Source: Octopus sinensis | Taxonomy: Eukaryota | Direction: 5' to 3' | Length of the DNA: 64,000 nucleotides | NCBI RefSeq assembly: GCF_006345805.1 | Contig: NC_043021.1 | Location: forward strand, 19,778,001 to 19,842,000 | Shown: one piece after another, positions 50,864 to 62,750 of the stretch | How the letters are laid out: each line of letters starts with the position of its first letter | Position numbering within the stretch: position 1 is the stretch's first letter | The notes under the pieces: generated by a model | Seen by the model: the letters and a program-made list of their open reading frames with translations, nothing else | Databases searched by the model: none | Told to the model about the DNA's origin: nothing | Program-made: the position numbers and the translations under genes

Positions 50864-51130
50864 CCCTTTAGCATTCAGATTATTCTGTCAAATGTAATAT
50901 CTATTCACATTGTTTTGAATGAATCATGCATTATATCACAGCTTTGAGATTTCAATGATGTGATTGTTTCTTCATAGAATGATGTTGTAGGGTAGATGTG
51001 AGGGGGGTCAGATCTGGTCAGTCTGAATGTAAAACAAGAAGAATATTTGGGCCAGATATGGCCTCTTTAGCCCTTTAATATTCTGATTCCTCTCTCAAAT
51101 GTAATGCTTATTTATTCACCTGGTTTGGTC
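50864..51130 (-). mobile_element. MITE P1 copy plus start of another
   Basis: CCCTTTAGCATTCAG..GTAGGGTAGATGTGAG. Confidence 0.7.
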
Positions 51131-51283
51131 ATGTGATGTAGATGGATGCTGACAGCTTCATAAAGAAGTGCCGATTTCTCAAACTAGATGGAACACAAGA
51201 GACAAAGTACTGAAGCATGACCACAGGACCACAGGACACTGAACCTTTCGGGCAAAATGACAAAGGACCAAGATTCCTGATGC

Positions 51284-51694
51284 GACGAGCTGGCAGAAAC
51301 GTTAACGCGGTGGGCAAAATGCTTAGCAGTATTTCGTCTGCTGTTACGTTCTGAGTTCAAATTCCTCCGAGGTCGACTCTGCCTTTCATCCTTTCGGGGT
51401 CGATAAATTAAGTACCAGTTACGCACTGGGGTCGATGTAATCGACTTAATCCGTTTGTCTGTCTTTGTTTGTCCCCTCTGTGTTTAGCCCCTTGTGGGTC
51501 ATAAAGAAATAAGTATTTTGTCTGCTGTTACGTTGTGAGTTCAAATTCCGCCGAGGTTGACTTTGCTTTTCATCCTTTCGAGGTCGATAAATTAAGTACA
51601 AGTTACACACTGGGGTCGATGTAATCAATTTAATCCCTTTGTCTGTCCTTGTTTGTCCCCTCTGTGTTTAGCCCCTTGTGGGTAGTAAAGAAAT
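51284..51694 (+). mobile_element. SINE S2 dimer
   Basis: 14-bp TSD AAGATTCCTGATGC at 51270-83 and 51695-708. Confidence 0.9.
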
Positions 51695-51779
51695 AAGATT
51701 CCTGATGCCTTGGTGTACTCTAGAAGGCTCATATTCCACAGTAGAAGTATTAAGATCGGCCCTTTTGGTGGTGTAAAGC

Positions 51780-52065
51780 ACATGTGGCGGTACCATGTAA
51801 AGTGCTTGTGTGGGGCCATGTAAAAGTACCTGTGCGGTTCTATGTAAAAGCACCTGTGCAGCACAACACAAAAGCACCTGTGCGGTACCACATAAAAGCA
51901 CCCAGTACACTCTGTAGAGTGGTTGGCATTAGGAAGGGCATCCAGCAGTATAAACCATGCCAAAGCAGACTAGGGTCGGGTGCAGCTTGCCAGCCCAAAG
52001 TCAAACCATCCAACCCATGCCAGCAGGGGCAACAGACATTGAACGATGATGATGATGTTGATGAT
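51780..52065 (+). mobile_element. RTE 3' end (family R) with short internal tandem units
   Basis: TAAAAGCACCTGTGC repeats, then GGAAGGGCATCCAGC..(GAT)n. Confidence 0.75.
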
Positions 52066-52116
52066 TGCTTGGAGCTAATGTATTGTCCTGTAGCTTCAAA
52101 ATTTCGATGATGTGAT

Positions 52117-52541
52117 TCTCTTTTCTACTCTTTTACTCGTTTCAGTCATTTGACTGCGGCCATGCTGGAGCACCGCCTTTAGTCGAGCAAATTGACGTAT
52201 TCTTTGTAAACCTAGTACTTATTCTATCGGTCTCTTTTGCTGAACCTCTAAGTTACGGGAGACGTAAACACACCAGCATCGGTTGTCAAGCGATGCTAGG
52301 GGGACAAACACAGACACACAAACATATACACACACGTACACATATACATACATGCATATACACATATATACATACATATGACAGGCTTCTTTCAGTTTCC
52401 GTCTACCAAATCCACTCACATGGCATTGGTCGGCCCAGGGCTATAGCAGAAGACACTTGCCCAAGATGCCACGCAGTGGGACTGAACCCAGAACCATGTG
52501 GTTGGTAAGCAAGCTACTTACCACACAGCCACTCCTGCGCC
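52117..52541 (-). mobile_element. SINE S1 inserted in a P1 MITE
   Basis: Flanks GATGATGTGATT | GTTTATTTTTAG rejoin the MITE consensus. Confidence 0.85.
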
Positions 52542-52753
52542 TGTTTATGATTGTTTATTTTTAGAGTGACATTGTAGGGTAGGTGTGAGAGGTCAGACTA
52601 GTCAGTTTGAATGTAAATCAAGTTGAATATTTGGACCTAATATGGTTGGCTTAGCCCTTTAGCATTCAGATTATTTTGTCAAATGTAATATTTATTCAAA
52701 TTGTTTTGAATTAATCATGCATTTTTTTCATAGCTCCAAAATTTTGATGATGT

Positions 52754-53536
52754 CATCATCATCATCATCATCATCGTTTAACGTCTGCTTTCCATGCTAG
52801 CATGGACGGTTTGACTGAGGGCTGGCGAACCAGATGGCTGCACCAGGCTCCAGTCCTGATTTGGCAGAGTTTCTACAGCTGGATGCCCTTCCTAATGCCA
52901 ACCACTCCGAGAGTGTAGTGGGTGCTTTTACGTGCCACCAGCACGGGGGCCAGTCAAGCAGTACTGGCAACGACCTTGCTTGAATTTTTTTACACATGCC
53001 AACGGCACAGGAGCCAGTAAGGCGATGCTGGTAACGATCCCGCTCGAATGGTGCCTCCTACATGCCACTGGCACAGAAGCCAGTTAGCCGCTCTGGCAAC
53101 GATCGCGATAAGTTGGTGCTCTTGGCACCCTACTAGCATGGGGCATAAGTGCCAGTAAGGCGAAGCTGGTAATGATCACACTCGAATGGTGCCTTTTATT
53201 TGCCACTGGCACGGAAGCCAGTTAGCTGCTCTGGCAACAATCACACTCAAATGGTGCCTTTTATGTGCCACTGGCATGGAAGCCGGTTACCCGCTCTGTC
53301 AATGATCATGCTCGTATCATGCTCGTGCCCGTCATCGAATTTCACTTTGATTTTGATTTCGATTGCACTTGCCTCAACAGGTCTTCACAAGGAGAGTTTA
53401 GTGTCCAAAGAAGGAAAAGGTACGCACAAGTGGGCTGGTTACGCCCCTGGCACAGGCCACGAGGTTATGGTCTCATTTGGCTTGCCGGATCTTCTCAAGC
53501 ACAGCATATTTCCAAAGGTTTCGGTCACTAGTCATT
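52754..53536 (-). mobile_element. RTE LINE 3' end with ORF2 stop (longest family R copy), inserted in a P1 MITE
   Basis: Minus strand MTSDRNLWKYAVLEKIRQAK* (DR..W motif), VNTR-containing 3' UTR, (GAT)n tail. Confidence 0.85.
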
Positions 53537-53699
53537 GATTGTTTATTTTCAGAATAACATTGTAGGGTAGGTGTGAGAAGCCAAATCTGGCTGGTCTAAA
53601 CATAAAACAGGTGTAATATTTGGACAGCATATAGCTGTTAACTTTTTATTATAGGGATGTAAACAAACTAACACCAATCGTGAAGCAATGTGGAGGGAC

Positions 53700-54030
53700 A
53701 AACACAGACACGCAAATACATAAATGCACACACGCATGCACACACGCGCACACGCACACACACATACACCACGCACATACACATGCATGCATGCACACAC
53801 GCATGCACACACATACGCACATGCACACATATACACATAAATAGACACACATAAACACACGCACACACATAAATGCACACACATAAATGCACACACATAG
53901 ACATACTCACCAACATACACACGTGCATATACATACACACATGTGCACACACACGCATATGCACATGCACACATACGCACATAAATACACACATAACACT
54001 CACATAAACACATACACACATAAACACACA
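53700..54030. repeat. Degenerate (CA)n array
   Basis: Direct inspection. Confidence 0.9.
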
Positions 54031-54100
54031 CATTCTAAAGGGTCGAAACAAATTCGAGCAATGCCGGGTGATACTGCTAGTATATATATATATATAAATA

Positions 54101-54539
54101 CAGTGCACATTTAAATACATTAGAGATGGCCATAACAGGACATCTGACTCACTAGAAAGAGTAGTTAAACTACACACCACTAATAGTTGTAATTTTGAAA
54201 GGAATGAAAAATAAAAACATTTACCCTATTTTTCCTGGACTATGCATAGTTTCAAGTAATCTTTTCTAAATAAAATAATTTACAATTGGCGCAGCTCTCA
54301 TCAGCAGCAAGCCAAGTATTTATCGACTTGTTAATCTTGGCTTCCAATCTTTACTAATTGTAAATTATTTTATTTACAAAAGATTACTTGAAACTATGCA
54401 TAGTCCAGGAAAAGTAGGGTAAATGTATTTTTCATTCCCTTTCAAAATTACAACTATTAGTGGTTTGTAGTTTAACTACTCTTTCTAGCAAGTCAGATGT
54501 CCTGTTATGGCCATCTCTTATGTGTTTAAATGTACACTG
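54101..54539. mobile_element. Tc1/mariner-type foldback MITE
   Basis: TA|CAGTG..CACTG|TA; imperfect TIRs of about 185 bp around a spacer of about 70 bp. Confidence 0.85.
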
Positions 54540-54644
54540 TATTTTTGTAGGAATAATATATAGTCTAATGACTAGTTTCTTCTTCTCGCTGGACGATTGG
54601 TAGCAAAGAATTTTTCTAAATTTTTTTGCTACACTAAGATTTAT

Positions 54645-54653
54645 TAATTATAT

Positions 54654-54700
<47 letters not shown>

Positions 54701-54808
54701 TATATGTATGTATTTATATGTATATATATGTATGTATATATATGTATATATATGTATATATATATGTATATATGTATATACATATATGTATATATATATA
54801 TGTGTATG

Positions 54809-54843
<35 letters not shown>

Positions 54844-54852
54844 GTATATACA

Positions 54853-54913
<61 letters not shown>
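54645..54913. repeat. (TA/TATG)n microsatellite
   Basis: Direct inspection. Confidence 0.95.
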
Positions 54914-54920
<7 letters not shown>

Positions 54921-54938
54921 CATGATGCCAAGGATTCA

Positions 54939-55016
54939 GCGGTACATATGTTTCGGGCCTTTATTAGACAGATTTATAACAATGCATAATGTATGTCTGT
55001 GGCCTTCTTCAGCCGC
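54939..55016 (-). ncRNA. Type I hammerhead ribozyme, left arm, minus strand
   Basis: Exact mirror of 55290-55367. Confidence 0.8.
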
Positions 55017-55289
55017 GCACAACAGCTTCCACAAGGACATGTGTTACATCAAAAATTCTTGGTTGGGGATGCAAATCCTCTCATTCGCGTACGACATAAT
55101 GCGGCAACAGCATAGAATTGAAGCGTCCATCTCTTTCTTCTCCCAATGTAGATTCTACATTGGGAGAAGAAAGAGATGGACGCTTCAATTCTATGCTGTT
55201 GCCGCATTATGTCGTACGCGAATGAGAGGATTTGCATCCCCAACCAAGAATTTTTGATGTAACACATGTCCTTGTGGAAGCTGTTGTGC

Positions 55290-55367
55290 GCGGCTGAAGA
55301 AGGCCACAGACATACATTATGCATTGTTATAAATCTGTCTAATAAAGGCCCGAAACATATGTACCGC
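55290..55367 (+). ncRNA. Type I hammerhead ribozyme, right arm, plus strand
   Basis: GCGG-CTGAAGA-A-GGCC..GGCC-C-GAAA-C-ATAT-GTA^CCGC: helix I GCGG/CCGC, canonical core, extended helix II, palindromic ACATATGT helix III. Confidence 0.8.
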
Positions 55368-55523
55368 TGAATCCTTGGCATCATGTTTTTATTTTGATCA
55401 ATTTACTCCACCACCTACACCACCAAACGGTATACACAGGTGCTTATAATTATCAAGTACTCACCCCGAATTCTCTCTCTCTCTCTATATATATATATAT
55501 GTATGTATATATATATATGTATA

Positions 55524-55638
<115 letters not shown>

Positions 55639-56271
55639 ATATATGCACACATGAAATAAATGATTTGAGGTAGAATTAAGAAGTATAAAAAAATCATTAT
55701 TATGAGTCGATATAGAAAGTCATACCGGTTTCGTCATCACTGTTCACTGACTTTAAAGTCATATACGTCTTTGCTTTTATAAAAAAAAACCCATTACTTT
55801 TATACCTAGTGTGCATTTTCTTTGTTTCTTTTTATTTCCCCCCTATTTATACCATGTGTAGTCTTTTTCTTTGAAACCTGTTTCTATTATATATATATAT
55901 ATTAACCGGTATTAACCGGTGTTGTTCAAACGATGAATAGCTTTGCGTAAACCATGGTTCGTTTTGTTCCCTTACTTTTTTATCATCTTATAATCATCTC
56001 ATAATAATGAACTTTATGACTCGTATTACTACCTCAGTCAATCTAAAAGTATATATTTGTCGTTACCTGTCATAAATAGCTTTTTTTCTATTTGCAATGT
56101 GCATTTTCGTTGATTCTTCATATTTTACTCTTACATTTCCACGTGTATTTTATATTTTCTTTTTGTAACATATTTCTACCATATATATATATATATATAT
56201 ATATATATGCTTTCGGCGCGAATGGTTTTTTTATACGGGGATGTTTTTACAATCATGTAAATAGTAAAAAT

Positions 56272-56465
56272 GGTATTTTTATATAAGCTTAAAGCTTATG
56301 CTTATTACTGTGCAATGACCAAGGAAAATAGTCAAATAAAGGGGCATGTTTCTTTTTCTTCCTTCTTTTTCTTCTTTCTTCCGTTTTTTATGTCCCTTTA
56401 TTCAACCATTTTCTTTTGTCATTGCATGGTGATTGCCATAAGGTTTAAGCTTATATAAAAATACC
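56272..56465. mobile_element. Merlin-type MITE M3
   Basis: 22-bp TIR GGTATTTTTATATAAGCTTAAA, extending imperfectly inward; flanks GTAAAAAT / GTTAATAT (6/8). Confidence 0.65.
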
Positions 56466-56474
56466 GTTAATATA

Positions 56475-56949
<475 letters not shown>

Positions 56950-56974
56950 TTATATTTATATTTATATTTATTTT

Positions 56975-57473
56975 GAAATCGCAATCGAAATTGAAATCAG
57001 ATTTGATGACTGGCATCCATGCTGGTGGAGCGCTAACAGTACTGCACGAGCATGATCATTGCCAGAGCAACAAGCTGGCCCCCGTGCCGGTGGCACGTAA
57101 AAAACACCATTCGAGCATGATTGTTACCTGCATCACCTTACTGGTACTTGTGCTGGTGGCATGTGAAAATACATTCGAGTGAGGTCATTGTCAGTGCCGC
57201 TGGACTGGCTCCTGTGCAGGTGGCACATAAAAAGCACCATTTGAGTGTGGCTGTTGCCAGTACCGCCTGACTGGCCCTCGTGCTGGTGGCACGTAAAAGC
57301 ACCCACTGCACTCTCAGACTGGTTGGCGTTAGGAAGGGCATCCAGCTGTAGAAACTGTGCCACATCAGATTGGAGTCTGGTGCAGCCATCTAGTTCGCCA
57401 GACCTCAGTCAAATCGTCCAACCCATGCTAGCATGGAAAGCGGACATTAAACGATGATGATGATGATGATGAT
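56975..57473 (+). mobile_element. RTE 3' UTR (family R)
   Basis: VNTR units plus (GAT)n tail. Confidence 0.85.
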
Positions 57474-57522
57474 ATATATATATATATAATCGAAAATAAG
57501 CAACAAGAATGGATCCGGTAAT

Positions 57523-57608
57523 TTAGTACAATTGTTTCATACTATAACATTTTATTAACAGCTGTAAATATTACAGCAGATATAATATGTCAAGTAATCT
57601 TCAGCTAA
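57523..57608 (-). ncRNA. Type I hammerhead ribozyme motif in a Penelope-like terminus
   Basis: Minus strand TTAG-CTGAAGA-T-TAC..GTA-T-GAAA-C-AATT-GTA^CTAA; palindromic ACAATTGT; (TA)n at the 3' side. Confidence 0.7.
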
Positions 57609-57809
57609 TTTTATATAGGTTTTGCATAATATAAAGTTCTCAAATCACATCTTTATCTGTATATTTACCTTCTCTAGGATGTTATTAACTGATTTGAGAA
57701 CTTTATATTATTGGAAAACCTATATAAAATTATCAGTGAACAAAAAACACAATTAACGAGACCTCTAATTAATTAAGGTTGATATTTTGCAACCAACTTG
57801 CACATTATA

Positions 57810-58210
57810 GGTGCAGGAGTGGCTGTGTGGTGAGTAGCTTGCTTACCAACCACATGGATCCGGGTTCAGTTCCATTGTGTGGCATCTTGGGCAAGTGTCT
57901 TCTACTATAGCCTCGAGCTGACCAAAGCCTTGTGAGTGGATTTGGTAGACGGAAACTGAAAGAAGCCTGTCGTATATATGTATATATATGTGCGTGTGTT
58001 TGTTTTGTGTGTCTGTGTTTGTCCCTGCCAGCATTGCTTGACAAGCGATGCTGGTGTGTTTATGTCCCCGTCGCTTAGCGGTTCGGCAAAAGAGGCCGAT
58101 AAAATAAGTACTAGGCTTACAAAGAATAAGTCGTGGGGTCGATTTGCTCGACTAAAGGCAGTGCTCCAGCATGGCCACAGTCAAATGACTGAATCGAGTA
58201 AAAGAGTAAA
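57810..58210 (+). mobile_element. SINE S1, full length
   Basis: Complete head to tail. Confidence 0.9.
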
Positions 58211-58439
58211 AAAGAGAGAGTATTCAAGTGCTACCTGTTGAAAGCTTTGCATACAGGAAGCCAGCAAGTGTATGGGGTCATCAGGAAAGAATGCGCACCG
58301 TTTCGGGGCCTACCTCTCGACGGCATCATTGCACACCACCCCCAACTCACTGATATGAGGCCCTGCTTGCTAGATCAACTAGTTATCAAATATAACCAAA
58401 TGATCTAGTTATGTAGTAGTAGTAGTTGTGGTTGTAATA

Positions 58440-58823
58440 ATTGTTGATGTTGCTGTTGAGCGAACGGTCTTCGTCCCAGATCTCGCAAGATGGGAGAAGT
58501 CCGAAACATGGTCCTTTGCTATTCGTAAGACCCACAGAAGAGAAAGCAGGTCAACCCCCGACACTGAGAGCATCGACAGATGGATGAATGCGCATCCAGG
58601 CTCAGCGGTTGCGTAGGAAGTCGGGGATAAGAAACAGGAAGAAAGAGCGAGAGAAAGTTGGGGGCGAAAGAGTACAACAGGGGTCGCCACCACCCCCTGC
58701 CGGAGCCTCGTGGAGCTTTAGGTATTTCACTCAATAAACACACACAACACCCGGTCTGGGAATCGAAACCGTGATCCTCTTACCGCGAGTCCGCTGCCCT
58801 AACCATTGGGCCATTGCGCCTCC
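58440..58823 (-). mobile_element. SINE S3 with a third 3' tail (tail c)
   Basis: Same head and body as other S3 copies; distinct stem-loop tail and (CAA)n end. Confidence 0.75.
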
Positions 58824-59099
58824 ACTGATGTTGATGTTGAACCACAGGCTAACCTGCTCAATCTACTAGAAAGAGCAGTCTTTCAAATCGCATTCTAACC
58901 AAATTAAAGGAGGAGAGACACATTGGATAATGCAATCAAGAAACTGGTGTTTTGTTCCAGCATGGAAACCGAATTTTTCAGACAAAATTTAGTCGAAAGT
59001 GATTTAAGTTGACTTATATTCCAAAATCACTTTGGAACACCAAAAATTCTATGTGAAATGCAGCAGAACTTGGAAATGTTTGTTTTTTATTCTTTTACT

Positions 59100-59562
59100 A
59101 CCACTGTGACCCGGCAACGCTGGGTCATAGTGCTAGTGACAAAAGAAGAGCTTCAGGCCAAGATTGAACCTTAGTTAAAGAGGTTTGTGTGTTGCTGTGT
59201 CCATGTCTTTACCCACAAGACCATTGCATAGTGCTAGTGCATGCATATACAGCTGCGTGCATGCGCACATACAAGCGAGTACTGTCCAAATCTCCGACCA
59301 ATCACATACAGCTAGCTGGCATTCAATTGGCGTATCAAGTTTCAGGCATTTTGATTGGGTTTTGGATAGTAAATTCACAAAAAAGTAACTTCTATTGATT
59401 TTTTAATGGCTTTGCGGGGTGACTGGGGAAATGTAAAGATGTGCACGACCACCCTTGGATGGTTTTGAATGACCATAGAAAGTGCGAGCCCTCTAACTGA
59501 AAAATTGTGGATTTGTATAAAGGACACACACACAGACATTTTGCCGTTTATATATAGAGAGA
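59100..59562. mobile_element. Helitron termini: plus-strand 3' end (hairpin TGACCCGGCAACGCTGGGTCA, CTAG^T at 59136) and minus-strand 5' end (A^TCTCTCTATATATAAACGGCA at 59562)
   Basis: Termini resemble 24303-24684; another plus-strand 3' end lies at about 54055-54080. Confidence 0.6.
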
Positions 59563-60640
59563 TTTGTTTCAGTCATTAGACTATGGCCATGCTGGGGCAC
59601 CACCTTGAAGAATTCTTTGTTGAATGTATCAACCCCAATAATTTTTTTTTTAAAGCGTGGTACTTATTCTATCAATCTCTTTTGCTGAACCACTTAGTTA
59701 CAGGGATGTAAACACACCAATACTGATTGTCATGTGGTTGTGGGGGACAAACACAGATGCACATACATATGTATGTATGTGTGTATATCATCGTGAGGAG
59801 GCGCAATGGCCCAGTGGTTAGGACAGCGGACTCGCGGTCGTAGGATGGTGGTTTCGATTCCCAGACCGGGCGTTGTGAGTGTTTATTGAGCGAAAACACC
59901 TAAAAGCTCCACGAGGCTCCGGCAAGGGGTGGTAGTGATCCCTGCTGTACTCTTTCACCACAACTTTCTCTCACTCTTTCTTCCTGTTCCTGTTGTACCT
60001 GTATTTCAAGGGGCCGGCCTTGTCACTCTGTGTCACGCTGAATATCCCCGAGAACTACGTTAAGGGTGCACGTGTCTGTGGAGTGCTCAGCCACTTACAC
60101 GTTAATTTCACGAGCATCCATCACTGTGATCACCGTGACCAACCAGGCTATCAGATGTTGCTACACATCGCTGGTCACAATGCGCTTCACATTGTTTTAG
60201 CCTTCAAATGATGCCACCCCACTGGCTAAGCAAACAGGGCAACAGAAGAAAGAGTGAGGGAAAGTTGTGGCGAAAGAGTACAGCAGGGATCACCACCACC
60301 CCCTGCCGGAGCCTCGTGGAGTTTTAGGTGTTTTTGCTCAAGAAACACTCACAACGCCCGGTCTGGGAATCGAAACCACGATCCTACAACTGCGAGTCCA
60401 CTGCCCTAACCACTGGGCCATTGTGCCTATTTGTATATGTATGTGTGCATATATATACATATGTATGTATGTATATATATATGTATGTGTATATATATAT
60501 ACATATATGATGAGCTTCTTTCAGTTTCCATCTACCAAATCCACTCACAAGGCTTTGGTTAGTCCAAGGCTATCGTAGAGACACTTCCCCAAGGTGCCAC
60601 ACAGTGGGACTGAACCCAGAGCCATGTGGTAGGGAAGCAA
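59563..60640 (-). mobile_element. SINE S1 split by two tail-to-tail S3 SINEs (59797-60116 plus, tail a; 60129-60427 minus, tail b)
   Basis: S1 3' half 59563-59790; S1 5' half about 60490-60640. Confidence 0.8.
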
Positions 60641-60990
60641 ATGATGTTTGAATGTAAACATTCAAATGCCCCCTCGTCCTCAACCACCACCACCAGCTAA
60701 CAAGGGAGCCTCTATGTTGTTGCTCAATCTGCTAGAAACTGTAGCCAAAGCTCTATCAAAGCTCCACCTTATTATCTTTAAAAAGGATAAGGGACACACT
60801 GGATAACATTTTCCTAGGCTCCTTCCCTGCACACAGGAAGAAGATGAGATGGCCACGGTTGGAATGCCTTTGATTGTAGGTCTGCTTGGTTAGCTTTGAC
60901 CTGGAGCTCAACCCCACCACTACCACCACCACCACCTCCACAAGAGTTCCTACATCTCAGTATCTGCTTTCCATCATAACATCTACACTA

Positions 60991-61409
60991 TACTCTTTTA
61001 CTCTTTTACTTGTTTCAGTCATTTGACTGCGGCCATGCTGGAGCACCGCCTTTAATTGAGCAACTCGACCCCGAGACTTATTCTTTTGTAAGCCCAGGAC
61101 TTATTCTATCGGTCTCTTTTGCCGAACCGCTAAGTAACGGGAACATAAACACACCAGCGTCGGTTGTCAAGCAATGCTTAGGGGGACAAACACAGACACA
61201 CAAACACACACACATACATATTTATATATATATATATACATATATACGACGGGCTTCTTTCAGTTTCCGTCTACCAAATCCACTCACAAGGCTTTGGTCG
61301 GCCCGAGGCTATAGCAGAAGACACTTGCCCAAGGTGCCACGCAGTGGGACTGAACCCGGAACCATGTGGTTGGTTAGCAAGCTACTTACCACACAGCCAC
61401 TCCTGCGCC
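60991..61409 (-). mobile_element. SINE S1, full length
   Basis: Complete head to tail. Confidence 0.9.
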
Positions 61410-61829
61410 TATGTATTGTTTCTTTTTGTTGAGGTTTTTCAGGTTCTATTCTCTCCCCCCCCCTGGTCTCTGATCTTCCTCTGTTCTTTCAAGCTCTGCC
61501 CGTCGGCGCTGTTTAACCCTGAATGATATCTAACCCCTTCCGCTCTCCTCTTCCGCTCTCCCCTCTCCCCCCCCATCCACTCGTTATTGTTGTTAATTAG
61601 GCAGCAATTTAGAAAGACGGCAAAGTTTCCAAGTCTCTTGACCAAGCCTCGTACCTCTATTAATTCTGTGGCATCAATATATTGACGAACCCAGCATTGA
61701 TTCCAAAGTTCCACCATTACATCTGGTCATATCTCTGGCCCTTTCTCATCAGATAAACCAAGGGTTTTATTGACTTGGCCAGTTAGCCTACAGCGCCAGA
61801 TGTTTGCGATTCTTCTTTATCTCCTACCC

Positions 61830-62480
61830 CCTCTCTCTCTCCCTCTCTCTCTCACACTCGCTCTCTCATGCACACAAACACTCTCTCTCTCTCACACAGA
61901 TACACACTCTCACACACACTCTCTCTCTCTCTCAGATACTCTCCCTCTCTCTCACACAAACACTCTCACACAAACACTTTCTCTCTCTCTCAGACAGACA
62001 CACACTTTCTCACACACACACACACACTCTCTCGCTCTCACACACACTCTCTCTCTCACACACACTCGCTCTCTCATGCACACTCTCTCTCTCACACAGA
62101 CACACACTTTCTCACACACACACACACACACACTCCCTCTCCCTCACACACACACACACTCTCTCTCTCTCTCACACACACACACTCGCTCTCTCATGCA
62201 CACACTCCCTCTCACACATACACATAAACACACTCTCTCTCTCACAGACACACACACTCTCTCTCACACACACACTCTCTCACACACACTCGCTCCCTCA
62301 TGCACACACTCCCTCTCACACACATACACATACACACACTCTCTCTCTCTCACAGACACACACACACACTCTCTCACACACACACACTCTCTCTCACACA
62401 CACTCCCTCTCTATATCACACACACTCCCTCTCTATATCACACACACTCCCTCTCTATATCACACACACACACATCCTCC
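61830..62480. repeat. (CA/CT)n compound array
   Basis: Direct inspection. Confidence 0.9.
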
Positions 62481-62750
62481 CCCCTCTCCATTGAAATCCA
62501 TGCTGTCAGATATCAACTTGCAAAACATAACAAGCCAACTGCTGCTTGCTTTCAGTGCATTGTTGTTTCCCCATGCAATAAAAATATTCTCATTAGATAA
62601 CGAGTTTCCAGGTTATTATCCTGATTCACAGCACAGCTATTTGGTCGTTACAATGCAGTCGTTCACATACATTTCCTTCTCTGTTCACTGTTCACCATTT
62701 TACGTTCGCTATTCAGCATTTTACATTCACCGTTCAACAGCTCATTTTTC

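Larger units (their letters stand above)
54914..55392. repeat. Perfect 479-bp palindrome (two 239-bp arms, 1-nt centre T55153), Penelope-like
   Basis: Position x pairs with 110306-x from 54914 to 55392; no mismatch seen by eye; the same peptide appears on both strands in the ORF track. Confidence 0.95.

Noticed and set aside
54718-55384. Identical 111-aa ORF on both strands
   Set aside because: A consequence of the palindrome; no recognisable protein, and the hammerhead explains the sequence better.
58450-58520. Hairpin followed by GAAAC-ATG-GTC resembling a hammerhead
   Set aside because: No proper CUGANGA or helix I; it is the antisense of the S3 tail-c stem-loop.
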